Positions 7,897-16,526 are shown, counted from the first letter of the stretch. The stretch: DNA of 44,186 nucleotides from an uncultured Muribaculaceae bacterium (GCA_964536075.1 CAZHWO010000002.1:1-44186), one strand, 5' to 3'. Translations and numbers: made by a program. The notes: generated by a model not told the origin, from the sequence alone.

Positions 7897-9501
7897 TTAA
7901 TTTTTAACTTTTACTTTTTCGGTTGCACATGGACTTTGATACATCTGTCCTAAAGTATCCGTACAATTATCTACTTTTATACCAAGAGTTGCGATTGCAG
8001 ATTCAGGTGTATATTTTTGACCTTTGTGGGTTATAGAAATTTCCATAACACTAGCTACAGAGGTCACAGCCATACCGTATGAAAGAGCAACATATTGAGC
8101 AAACGGATTAACACTTTCAAGACAACCTTGGCTACTATCAGAATAGTTAAATGATTCACTTAAAACAAGGTATTTAACTACATCTTCAAAAGCTTTTTCA
8201 GTGGTTTTCTTAACCGTACTTACTCGTTTACCACTATAAGCTGCATCAATAATATTCTTTTTATCGGAAGCCATGTGTGCAACAAACTCACGATCATATT
8301 TATCAGCAAAAATAGTAGGAAGTAGTTCTTTGTTTACACTTTCAAGAAGATATGGATTATATTCTGAATTATCAATAGCTCCAGCAATTGATTCTGTACC
8401 ACCAGCATGAGCTGCTTGAACAGGACCACTTTTGATAGCATTCATAATCTGATCTTCTGTGTAACCATAACTATACGGATCAATTCCATTAGCTACTAAG
8501 GTCATAATTAAGACATCTGATTTAGTAATATTATAAAATCTTGCTAATTTAGCCGTGTCAATTTTATTAGTTCCGTCTATAATAGCACTTGGGTCTACTC
8601 CAAGAACTTTATCTTTAGGTGATTTAGCTGCTTCAGTTGTATTTGGAGTAGTCATTACTACTGCTGTTTGATCATTTAAATCTATATATACTTCCCCGGC
8701 AACAGATGATAAAGCTACAGGATCCATTGGATCAAATAAATGCTCATCAACTTCAATATTACTAACTAAAGCATTAATACTGCCAACCGTAGTGTCATCA
8801 GTAGTACTTACTGTAGTCGATCCTGTGTTTCGGCCTTTAAAGCCATTAACTACCGCAATAACCCCTGTTGCAGCCAAAGCTAAAGCAACAGCAATACCAG
8901 TGATTTTTAAACCCTTTATTGAGTGATCTCCTGTGGATGCTTCACCTACTGCTACTGGCACTGGTGTTAGCTCTGGCTCTGGTGTTGGCTCTGGCTCTGG
9001 TGTTGGCTCTGGCTCTGGTATTGGCTCTGGCTCTGGTGTTGGCTCTGGTGTTGGTTCTGGTTCTGGCTCTGGCTCAGTATAAGGCGGCATTAGCTCTATT
9101 GGTTCTAAATCATCTTGTGATTCATCATTTGCATCCAATTCTTCAGCCTTTGGTTCTTCAATTGGTTCTACTGGATTTATTCCTTCCGGTTCTGGTAAAT
9201 CAACTTTTTCATCTTCTCCAGGAATCTGATTTTTAATATTTTCTTGCATAGTTATTAACTCTTGATCAGTTACTGTTTTAATAATAGCGCCTTTATCATT
9301 AGTAACTCTTTTAACAAAGAAAAGCAAAGATATTTTTTCAGGCTCTGAAAGTTTTGTTTCGTCAATAATAATTTGTTTTGTTTCCCCATTTTCTTCATAC
9401 TCTATAATAGTGTTATTGGAAACACCCAAATTCCATGTTGCACTTTGATATATTGTAGTAACTTTGATGTTTTTGTTATTTAATAAATCGTTTAAATACA
9501 T
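7897..9501 (-). CDS. Orphan single-pass (bitopic) membrane protein with a Pro/Glu/Thr-rich repeat linker, function unknown
   Basis: I place the start at MYLNDLL (ATG 9501-9499) behind a GGGGGAG SD; the track start is 15 codons upstream. The domains are: an N-terminal globular part of about 100 aa, an acidic segment, (PEPEPT)n, a TM helix ITGIAVALALAATGVIAVV, and a C-terminal domain of about 310 aa. I recognise no family motif. Confidence 0.75.
   Translation of the reverse strand: MYLNDLLNNKNIKVTTIYQSATWNLGVSNNTIIEYEENGETKQIIIDETKLSEPEKISLLFFVKRVTNDKGAIIKTVTDQELITMQENIKNQIPGEDEKVDLPEPEGINPVEPIEEPKAEELDANDESQDDLEPIELMPPYTEPEPEPEPTPEPTPEPEPIPEPEPTPEPEPTPEPELTPVPVAVGEASTGDHSIKGLKITGIAVALALAATGVIAVVNGFKGRNTGSTTVSTTDDTTVGSINALVSNIEVDEHLFDPMDPVALSSVAGEVYIDLNDQTAVVMTTPNTTEAAKSPKDKVLGVDPSAIIDGTNKIDTAKLARFYNITKSDVLIMTLVANGIDPYSYGYTEDQIMNAIKSGPVQAAHAGGTESIAGAIDNSEYNPYLLESVNKELLPTIFADKYDREFVAHMASDKKNIIDAAYSGKRVSTVKKTTEKAFEDVVKYLVLSESFNYSDSSQGCLESVNPFAQYVALSYGMAVTSVASVMEISITHKGQKYTPESAIATLGIKVDNCTDTLGQMYQSPCATEKVKVKN
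8969..9076. repeat. Imperfect in-frame tandem repeat (18-nt unit GGCTCTGGCTCTGGTGTT, about 6 copies, 6-nt sub-period)
   Basis: Units at 8969-8986, 8987-9004, 9005-9022 and 9023-9040, then shorter 12-nt units up to about 9076. It encodes the PEPEPT repeats on the minus strand and is locally much more GC-rich than its surroundings. Confidence 0.9.
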
Positions 9502-9559
9502 ATAATTCTCCCCCTTTTTTAATGGTTGCCATGTATTGTACCACATTATTTAAGAAATG

Positions 9560-10096
9560 TCAAATAGTTAAATAATAAATCGCTAAAATAATTAAAATTA
9601 TACTGCCGATAAGGATCGTCTTATTACCAAAACTTTTATTTAGTCTATTACCAATTAATAAACCTATATAAGTAAAAAAAAATGAAACAATTGCAAAGAC
9701 CATAGCCGAAATAATGATCGAGCTTTGTAAGATTCCAAAACCAACACCAATAAAGAAACTATCTAGACTAACCGATAAACCAAATAATAATAAAGAAAAA
9801 AAGTTCTTAAGTTCTTCCAATTTTTTATTATCTTTAATAGATATTAACATTTCTAAGGCAATAATAAAAAAGACACTGGCAATAAAAAGATGTTCGGGAA
9901 TTAAAATAATTTTATTAATAGCCGAACCAAAATAAAAACCGATTATGGGCATAAAGAAGTGATATAAACCAACAATGAAACTTAGTTGAATAATTTTCTT
10001 TTTATCTAATCCTAGTGTACCGTAAATAATAGATAAAGAAAAAGCATCCATACTTAGACTTATTCCTAGTATGATGCTTATGATAAAGTCCTTCAT
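9560..10096 (-). CDS. mntP: MntP/YwlD-type (DUF204, UPF0059) putative manganese efflux membrane protein
   Basis: Two DUF204-like repeats (LSMDAFSLS and VSLDSFFIG) in a protein with about six TM helices. I place the start at MKDFII (ATG 10096-10094) behind an AGAGGGTGA SD. It neighbours spoIIR and rpiB, as in the B. subtilis ywl region. Confidence 0.7.
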   Translation of the reverse strand: MKDFIISIILGISLSMDAFSLSIIYGTLGLDKKKIIQLSFIVGLYHFFMPIIGFYFGSAINKIILIPEHLFIASVFFIIALEMLISIKDNKKLEELKNFFSLLLFGLSVSLDSFFIGVGFGILQSSIIISAMVFAIVSFFFTYIGLLIGNRLNKSFGNKTILIGSIILIILAIYYLTI

Positions 10097-10137
10097 TAAT
10101 ATCACCCTCTTTTAAATATTATTGATGATACTAATAT

Positions 10138-10662
10138 TTAATTCAAAAACTTTGCGATTAATTCCGATACAAAAAATTTATATTCTACTTCATCACTATC
10201 TTCAGCTTCTAATAAACATAGAGGAGGAAAGAGAACACACCAGAAATTATTTCCTGCCCCTTCTCCCAAAGTAACTACTAATGATTCATAATATCCTTCT
10301 TGGTATGTAACCCCTTTATAAACTTTATCGGGAAAATAATTTTGACCAAAGTTAACAGTAAAATTAGTGTCATTCTTATACTTATTTAACGTCTGCTTGA
10401 CATTGTATTTAATATCTTCTAGGTTATTTACTATTATTTGTTGGGCTTCTGATACATTTTTACTATCTTTTAACTTGTCATAGATATTAGTTTTTAAATT
10501 GGTGACTACTTGTTCTTTAATATATTGATCTTCAGGGGTATTGCTGTTAGCAATGACTCTTATTCGTAAAGCTTCATCGGGAATTATTAATGCCTCACTT
10601 TTATTTATTATTAAAGTTATAATAACTAAGGTAAGCAGCATTAGAGTAAAAACTTTTTTCAT
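10138..10662 (-). CDS. spoIIR: Stage II sporulation protein R (pro-sigma-E processing signal)
   Basis: Signal or anchor sequence, then LRIRVIANSNTPEDQYIKEQV and C-terminal NFWCVLFPPLCL, both SpoIIR hallmarks. It sits beside prmC. Confidence 0.85.
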   Translation of the reverse strand: MKKVFTLMLLTLVIITLIINKSEALIIPDEALRIRVIANSNTPEDQYIKEQVVTNLKTNIYDKLKDSKNVSEAQQIIVNNLEDIKYNVKQTLNKYKNDTNFTVNFGQNYFPDKVYKGVTYQEGYYESLVVTLGEGAGNNFWCVLFPPLCLLEAEDSDEVEYKFFVSELIAKFLN

Positions 10663-10663
10663 A

Positions 10664-10703
10664 ATAAAACCACCTTTCTATATAAATATTGAAGTGGTTT
10701 TAT
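10664..10703 (-). promoter_or_regulatory. Hairpin sequestering the spoIIR Shine-Dalgarno
   Basis: Minus strand: ATAAAACCACTT (10703-10692), a 15-nt loop, then AAGGTGGTTTTAT (10676-10664). This gives a 12-bp stem with one G-U pair. The 3' arm contains the SD AAGGTGG and ends 1 nt before the ATG. There is no T-run after it. Confidence 0.45.
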
Positions 10704-10707
10704 TTTT

Positions 10708-11523
10708 TTATTCACAATTATGAGTTACAAATATCATCCTATTTCGATTTTGTAAATCTTTTTCAACTTTTATGGTTACATTGGGTAAATATTTATTAAC
10801 AAGATTAACGATATCCTTTGCTTGGTTATGGCCAATTTCCAAGGCTAGAAGGAAGCGATCTTTAGTTGTTAATGCTACTCTTTTTAGAATTTGGTCATAA
10901 TATTTTAGACCATTTTCACCACCATATAGAGCTAGATGGGGTTCATTATTTTTTACTAAGGCATCAATTGATTCATCGTCTCTTATATATGGAGGATTAG
11001 ATATAATAATATCATATTTATCAGTAACTAAATCGAGCATATCTCCTTTAACGATAGCAACGTCAGCCTTTAACTTTCGTTTATTTTTCCGAGCCACTTT
11101 TAAAGCTTTAGTACTTATATCTAACAGGGTTACCTGAAGGTTGGGGCATTCTTTTTTAATAGTTATGCCAATGGCCCCGGTTCCACAGCCTAAATCAATT
11201 AATTTACCTACATTATGAAAATATTTATTGATGTAGGCCAAGGTTTTTTCTACTAATAGTTCCGTTTCAAATCGCGGAATTAAAACTTGTTCGTTAACAA
11301 GAAAATCGTAGCCATAAAAAGTCGTTTTACCAAGAACATATTGTAACGGCTTCCCGGCTAATAGCTTTTTAACAGCGTTTTCATAGTTGAAAAAGATATC
11401 ACTTGATATCTCTTCTTCTAAATCAAGAACTAAATTAGGTTTATCTAAAAGATAGCTAATAAGCCGTTTCTTATCTTTGATTGATATCTGTTTATTATAA
11501 TCTAAAAGATCCTTAATGGTCAT
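10708..11523 (-). CDS. prmC: Release-factor glutamine N5-methyltransferase
   Basis: DLGCGTGAIG SAM motif and IISNPPYI catalytic motif. It overlaps prfA by 11 nt. Confidence 0.9.
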   Translation of the reverse strand: MTIKDLLDYNKQISIKDKKRLISYLLDKPNLVLDLEEEISSDIFFNYENAVKKLLAGKPLQYVLGKTTFYGYDFLVNEQVLIPRFETELLVEKTLAYINKYFHNVGKLIDLGCGTGAIGITIKKECPNLQVTLLDISTKALKVARKNKRKLKADVAIVKGDMLDLVTDKYDIIISNPPYIRDDESIDALVKNNEPHLALYGGENGLKYYDQILKRVALTTKDRFLLALEIGHNQAKDIVNLVNKYLPNVTIKVEKDLQNRNRMIFVTHNCE

Positions 11524-12580
11524 TATTTTTTTCCTTTAATCTTCTGTTTTGATCTTCAGCTATTAAGGCATCAATAATATCTTCTAAGTCACCTTCTATA
11601 ACGCGATCTAATTGCTTAGTAGTATAATTGATACGATGATCGGTAACGCGGTTTTGAGGATAGTTGTAAGTTCTGATTTTTTCACTTCGATCGCCAGTAC
11701 CAATCTTATTTTTTCGTTCAGCTCCTAATTCTTTATCTCGTTCCTGCATTTTTAAATCATATAACCTTGCTTGGAGAATCTTTATCGCTTTTTCTTTATT
11801 CTTAATTTGTGATCTTTCCGTTTGAGAATAAACAACTAATCCGGTAGGAATATGAGTAAGTCTTACAGCAGAATCGGTAGTATTTACTCCTTGCCCACCA
11901 CATCCGGAACTCCTCGTAATATCAATTCGTACTTCATTCATATCTAGATCGGAATCAATATCCTCTACTTCAGGCATAACTAGGACGGTGGCTGTCGAGG
12001 TATGTATACGACCTTGCGTTTCTGTTTCCGGAACCCTTTGAACGCGATGTGATCCACTTTCATATTTAAACTTGGCATAGGCATTATGACCTTTAACCAA
12101 AAATTCCACTTGCGTAAAGCCACCACTTTCTCCTTCAATAGCGTTTAATAATTCAACAGTAAACCCTTCATTGATAGCATACTTGGTGTACATACGATAT
12201 AAATCACCAGCAAAGATATTAGCTTCATCCCCACCGGCAGCCCCTCTTATTTCAATAATAACGTTTTTGCCATCATTAGGATCTTTAGGAATTAATAATT
12301 TCTCTAATAATAATAGTAACACTTCTCCTGATGATTCTAATCGAGGTAGCTCTTCTTGAGCCATATCTTTTAATTCAGGATCTTTAAGCATTTCCTTAGC
12401 AACATTTATATCTTCTAGAACCTGTTTATATTTACGATATGTCTGAACAGTCTCTTCTAAAGAGGCAATCTCTTTGGAAATTTCTCTAGTTAGATTTAAA
12501 TTAGTAATTGTTTCTGGTTGGATTAATTTAGCAGTTAAATCTTGGTATTTTTTTGCAATATTTTCTAGTGTTTCAATCAT
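11513..12580 (-). CDS. prfA: Peptide chain release factor 1
   Basis: RVPETETQGRIHTS (PxT tripeptide motif) and SGCGGQGVNTTDSAVR (GGQ motif). Confidence 0.97.
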   Translation of the reverse strand: MIETLENIAKKYQDLTAKLIQPETITNLNLTREISKEIASLEETVQTYRKYKQVLEDINVAKEMLKDPELKDMAQEELPRLESSGEVLLLLLEKLLIPKDPNDGKNVIIEIRGAAGGDEANIFAGDLYRMYTKYAINEGFTVELLNAIEGESGGFTQVEFLVKGHNAYAKFKYESGSHRVQRVPETETQGRIHTSTATVLVMPEVEDIDSDLDMNEVRIDITRSSGCGGQGVNTTDSAVRLTHIPTGLVVYSQTERSQIKNKEKAIKILQARLYDLKMQERDKELGAERKNKIGTGDRSEKIRTYNYPQNRVTDHRINYTTKQLDRVIEGDLEDIIDALIAEDQNRRLKEKNNDH

Positions 12581-12610
12581 TTAGATCACCTTTCTTTCCA
12601 TATTATAGCA

Positions 12611-12650
12611 CAAAGATTAAAAAACTAGAATTATTCTTCTAATTCTAGTT
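12611..12650 (-). terminator. Probable terminator after rpoE
   Basis: 10-bp stem AACTAGAATT/AATTCTAGTT (12623-12632 pairs with 12641-12650) with an 8-nt loop. TTTTAATC follows on the minus strand. One arm lies within the last rpoE codons. Confidence 0.55.
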
Positions 12651-13071
12651 CGTCTTCACTTAAAACAACCAGGTCCTTTAATTCATTTTCAGTATCTATT
12701 TCAAGCAAGTCATCTTTATCATCATAAGATTCTTCTAATTCTTCTTCAATAAGATCTTCCGATTCTTCTTTTAGACTGTCTAACTCATCTTCATCTTCGT
12801 CGATAGCCACTATAACTTTGTCAGAGGTATGGCGACTTCTTAAATCCCAATTTCCATTAGGTAAAGATAAAAATCTTTTATCAATAGTCAAAGAAGTGTA
12901 GTAATCACCTATTTTATTTTCATAAGCTTTCTCAGACAAATCTAATAATTTAACGATTTCTTTAAATAGGTCAGCCGTTTTCATAGTTCCTTTTTCTTCC
13001 AAAAGTTTTACTGTTATATCCCTATATGACAATAATTCAAGTTCTTCTCTTGGCATCTCATATATACTCAT
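12631..13071 (-). CDS. rpoE: DNA-directed RNA polymerase delta subunit
   Basis: N-terminal HARE-HTH-like domain (SYRDITVKLLEEKGTMKTADLFKEI...DKRFLSLPNGNWDLRS) followed by a long Asp/Glu-rich tail, the RpoE architecture. Confidence 0.9.
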   Translation of the reverse strand: MSIYEMPREELELLSYRDITVKLLEEKGTMKTADLFKEIVKLLDLSEKAYENKIGDYYTSLTIDKRFLSLPNGNWDLRSRHTSDKVIVAIDEDEDELDSLKEESEDLIEEELEESYDDKDDLLEIDTENELKDLVVLSEDELELEE

Positions 13072-13137
13072 ATATACCTCCCAATTTATTAATTTTCTAA
13101 AATATTATATGTTAACTTATACATATAATTAATATAC

Positions 13138-13165
13138 ATACTATCAAAAATTTATATAATGTCAA
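13138..13165 (-). promoter_or_regulatory. Candidate sigma-A promoter for rpoE
   Basis: The minus strand reads TTGACA (13165-13160)-16 nt-TAGTAT (13143-13138), with a TG at the extended -10 position. Confidence 0.5.
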
Positions 13166-13171
13166 GATATT

Positions 13172-13531
13172 TTAAAATATTTTTATTTCAAAAGGGAATC
13201 TTTCATCACCATTTAGCACTTCATAGGAAATAAATAAATTTTGATGATCCGCTATAAAACTAGTTGTATGTATTTTTAAATCAACCGATTCCTTGGATTC
13301 CTTCAATAGATATGTACAAGTAGTTATTTCTTTTTCTCTAAAGAATAACTCCGTCTTAGTTTCATCATTTTCCTTAATAATACTCTTACTAGTTAAATCA
13401 ATAATAATTTTATTGTTATTCTGATCGTAAAGATAAAATTTATTATCTTTTGGCACATAATTTCCCGTTAAAGTCATCTCTTCTTCATCATAGATGTTTT
13501 TAATTTTACCAATTATATTTTTTTTATTCAT
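13172..13531 (-). CDS. Small cytoplasmic protein, possibly DUF1934/YwiB-like beta-barrel
   Basis: 119 aa from the ATG at 13531-13529 (GAGG SD). It shows an alternating beta-strand pattern. The position upstream of rpoE matches where I recall DUF1934 genes in several Firmicutes. The family call is tentative. Confidence 0.45.
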   Translation of the reverse strand: MNKKNIIGKIKNIYDEEEMTLTGNYVPKDNKFYLYDQNNNKIIIDLTSKSIIKENDETKTELFFREKEITTCTYLLKESKESVDLKIHTTSFIADHQNLFISYEVLNGDERFPFEIKIF

Positions 13532-13624
13532 TACCCGCCTCAAATACTAAAGGCATTATAACATATTTAAGAAATTTGTTACATATTTTTAATATTTTTA
13601 CCGATACTATCTCTAGGTGATAGT

Positions 13625-15574
13625 ATGAAATTTTTAAAGTTCTTGGCCTTCTTTATTATAGGTTGCTTTCTGCTATTTACCATTTTCTGGGTTGGCGCAA
13701 ATATATATGCTAAAATGGCACCAAAGATTGCTATTAATGGCGCTAATAACTTAGCAATATATGATATAAATAATAATCTAGTTTTTTCGGGTAATGAAGA
13801 TCAAAATTGGATACCACTAGAAGATATTTCTAAAAATGTCATTAATGCAACTATTGCCAGTGAAGATAAAAATTTTTATAGCCATCATGGTTTTGATTTT
13901 TTAAGAATAATAAAATCCTTGGCTATCAACATTATTTCAAAAGAAACAGTTCAAGGAGCATCAACAATTACTCAACAGTATGCCAGAAACCTTTTTTTGG
14001 ATTTTAATAAAACATGGAAACGTAAATGGAAAGAAATGTGGGTAGCTATTGAATTGGAAAATCATTATTCTAAAGATGAGATATTAGAAGGTTATTTAAA
14101 TACGATTAATTACGGTCATGGGATGTTTGGAATAGAAAAGGCTAGTAAATATTATTTTAATAAGAGTGCTAAAGATTTAACTTTAGCTGAAGCAACTATT
14201 TTAGTTGGTATTCCCAAATCACCAGCTAATTATTCGCCAATTGTTAATTATGACCTAGCAAGAGAAAGACAATTACTTGTTTTAAGAACGATGGTCAGAA
14301 ATAAATATATTACAGAGGAAGAAAAAAAAGAAATTTATAATACTAAATTAGAATTTTATGGTAAAGAGAATAATAATGAATCCTCAACAGTTATGTATTA
14401 TAAAGATGCTGTTATTAGTGAACTAGAAGATATTAGTAGTATACCTGATTCTTACATTGAAACTGGAGGTCTTAAGGTTTATACCAATCTCAATATAGAT
14501 TATCAAAATAATTTGGAAAACAATGCCACGAAGGATTTGGCAAATAATAGTGAATTACAAGTATCTGGGGTAATTATGGAACCAAGCACAGGAAAAATTT
14601 TAGCTCTTATGGGAGGAAGAAATTACTATGAATCGCAGTTTAATCGAGCTCTTTCCTCTAAAAGACAGGTTGGTTCAACCATGAAACCTTTTTTATATTA
14701 TGCCGCATTAGAAAATGGTTTTACCGCTAGTACCTCTTTTTTAAGTGAACCAACTACTTTCGCAGTAGGAGAACAAACCTATTCCCCAAAGAATGCTGGT
14801 AATATTTATGGTAATAAAACGATATCTCTAGCCGCCGCTATTGCTTATTCAGAAAATGTTTTTGCTATTAAAACGCATCTTTTTTTAGGAGAAGAAACAC
14901 TAGTAGAAATAGCTAAACGCGTCGGCATTAAGGAAGAATTAAAACCAATTGTTTCACTACCTTTAGGAACGGTGGAAATAAATATTATCGATTTAACAAC
15001 TGGCTATGCTACTTTAGCAAATGGAGGATATAAAATAACACCGCATTTTATCGAAAAAGTAGAAGATAGCGAAGGAAATATTTTATATGAATATAAATAT
15101 AGTAACGATTTAGTTTTAAATACAAGTTTGACTTTTATCTTAAATGAATTATTAACGACAACCTATGATTCAACTTTTATTGACTATAACTACCCTACTA
15201 CTATTAGTATTGCTCCTAAAATGTCTAAAAAATATGCCGTTAAATCAGGATCAACAACAACGGATAACTGGAATATTGGATATAATAAAGAATTGCTTAC
15301 AGCTGTTTGGATTGGTTATGATGATAATAAGAAAATTGGATCAGGTAATTTTTATTATGCTAAAAATATCTGGATTGATACAATGGAAGCTTGTCTAAAA
15401 GAACATAAAGATGCTTGGTATGATATTCCTAGTAATGTAGTAGGTGTTTTTATTGATCCAATTAGTGGTACCTTAGCAACGGAAACAACACAAAAAAAGA
15501 AGCTTATGTACTATATTAAAGGAACACAACCTTCGGCAAATACTTCCAATAATGAAGAACCTACTGGTCAATAA
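13625..15574 (+). CDS. Class A penicillin-binding protein (glycosyltransferase GT51 plus transpeptidase)
   Basis: N-terminal TM helix. GT51 motifs EDKNFYSHHGFD, GASTITQQYARN and RKWKE. Transpeptidase motifs STMKP (SxxK) and KSGST (KTG variant). Confidence 0.9.
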   Translation: MKFLKFLAFFIIGCFLLFTIFWVGANIYAKMAPKIAINGANNLAIYDINNNLVFSGNEDQNWIPLEDISKNVINATIASEDKNFYSHHGFDFLRIIKSLAINIISKETVQGASTITQQYARNLFLDFNKTWKRKWKEMWVAIELENHYSKDEILEGYLNTINYGHGMFGIEKASKYYFNKSAKDLTLAEATILVGIPKSPANYSPIVNYDLARERQLLVLRTMVRNKYITEEEKKEIYNTKLEFYGKENNNESSTVMYYKDAVISELEDISSIPDSYIETGGLKVYTNLNIDYQNNLENNATKDLANNSELQVSGVIMEPSTGKILALMGGRNYYESQFNRALSSKRQVGSTMKPFLYYAALENGFTASTSFLSEPTTFAVGEQTYSPKNAGNIYGNKTISLAAAIAYSENVFAIKTHLFLGEETLVEIAKRVGIKEELKPIVSLPLGTVEINIIDLTTGYATLANGGYKITPHFIEKVEDSEGNILYEYKYSNDLVLNTSLTFILNELLTTTYDSTFIDYNYPTTISIAPKMSKKYAVKSGSTTTDNWNIGYNKELLTAVWIGYDDNKKIGSGNFYYAKNIWIDTMEACLKEHKDAWYDIPSNVVGVFIDPISGTLATETTQKKKLMYYIKGTQPSANTSNNEEPTGQ

Positions 15575-16109
15575 GTTCTACTTCATCACCATTATTTATA
15601 TTAAAAAGCGTACCATCATCGCGATCTAGATGAATTTCTCTCACATAGTTTTTGTGACGTTTAATTTTAATGTGATCAATAATTTGACCTTCTTTGGTCA
15701 AGACTTTTATTTCTGGGTTCTTAATGTTTTTTAAATCTTTTAAGTCTAGATGAATATGTCTTTCTGCAATAATAGCGCATTCTTTGGTAATTCCTCCTAA
15801 AGGTCCAATAATGGTTACTAAACTAGATTCTTTTAAATCCCCTGATTGACGCATAGGCGGATTTATTTCTAAATAAAGAGCATCACTTTTTAGTAGTTCT
15901 ACTTGAGTATATTTTCTACATGGTCCAACAACTCGGATATTTTCAATTATTTTATTGTTAGCTTCGACACTAACTTTAAAAATAGAAGCATATTCACCTG
16001 GTTGTGTCAGATCACGATGTTTGGCAAATTTAACTAAACCAAAAAGGATTTTAAAGTCTTTTTTATTTAAATGGACATGTCTATTTGATATTCCAATATT
16101 TATTTTCAT
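15561..16109 (-). CDS. pduL: PduL-type phosphate acyltransferase (two PTAC repeats)
   Basis: GISNRHVHLNKKDF and IAERHIHLDLKDL are the duplicated RHxHL motifs of PduL. The 3' end overlaps the convergent PBP gene by 14 nt. Confidence 0.8.
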   Translation of the reverse strand: MKINIGISNRHVHLNKKDFKILFGLVKFAKHRDLTQPGEYASIFKVSVEANNKIIENIRVVGPCRKYTQVELLKSDALYLEINPPMRQSGDLKESSLVTIIGPLGGITKECAIIAERHIHLDLKDLKNIKNPEIKVLTKEGQIIDHIKIKRHKNYVREIHLDRDDGTLFNINNGDEVELIDQ

Positions 16110-16124
16110 AATGTCTCCTTTTTG

Positions 16125-16153
16125 TGATATATTCTTTCAATTATTCATATATT
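16125..16153 (+). promoter_or_regulatory. Candidate sigma-E-type promoter for gerQ
   Basis: TGATATA (16125-16131)-14 nt-CATATATT (16146-16153), compared with the recalled kmATAww-14-CATACAhT. It lies 24 nt upstream of the ATG. Confidence 0.35.
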
Positions 16154-16177
16154 TTATTATAAAGGAAGGATTTTTAT

Positions 16178-16486
16178 ATGAATAATAATTATTACCCTAG
16201 TGGCGGTTTCCCCAGCGATATTAATACACCACAACCAGCATTAACTAGTATTCCGAGCATTGATCCAACCCAATATTCGCAAACACTTTTAAGACGAAAT
16301 AGAGGAAAAAAAGCTACTTTCTATCTCTCCTTTTCTGACTCTGTAGAGTGGCGTGATAAAGTGTTTTCAGGAACAATTGAAGCAGTTGGTCCCGATTTTG
16401 TTTTAATAAAAGATGGTGATAAATTCTATCTATTATGGTCAATCTATATTGACTATGCTGAGTTTAATGAAACGCCCGTCTATTAA
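16178..16486 (+). CDS. gerQ: Spore coat protein GerQ (YwdL)
   Basis: LLRRNRGKKATFYLSFSDSVEWRDKVFSGTIEAVGPDFVLIKD...YLLWSIYIDYAEF closely matches my recollection of the conserved GerQ core (NRGKKATVYMTF...G.IEAAGRDHIIL). The N-terminus is Q/P-rich. Confidence 0.85.
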   Translation: MNNNYYPSGGFPSDINTPQPALTSIPSIDPTQYSQTLLRRNRGKKATFYLSFSDSVEWRDKVFSGTIEAVGPDFVLIKDGDKFYLLWSIYIDYAEFNETPVY

Positions 16487-16526
16487 TAGAATACCACAAT
16501 TATCCCTTTTTTTCCATACTCATATC

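Noticed and set aside
8957-9080. A possible CRISPR array or mobile element, given the only conspicuous repeats in the window.
   Set aside because: The repeats are contiguous 6/12/18-nt in-frame coding units with no spacers. The window contains no cas genes, transposase, integrase, or IS-like terminal inverted repeats.
8919-9236. Plus-strand ORF encoding LLLLALVLALALVLALALV..., which could look like a repetitive membrane protein.
   Set aside because: It is the antisense reading of the (PEPEPT)n tandem repeat in the 7897-9501 gene. It has no SD, and its periodicity is entirely explained by the repeat.
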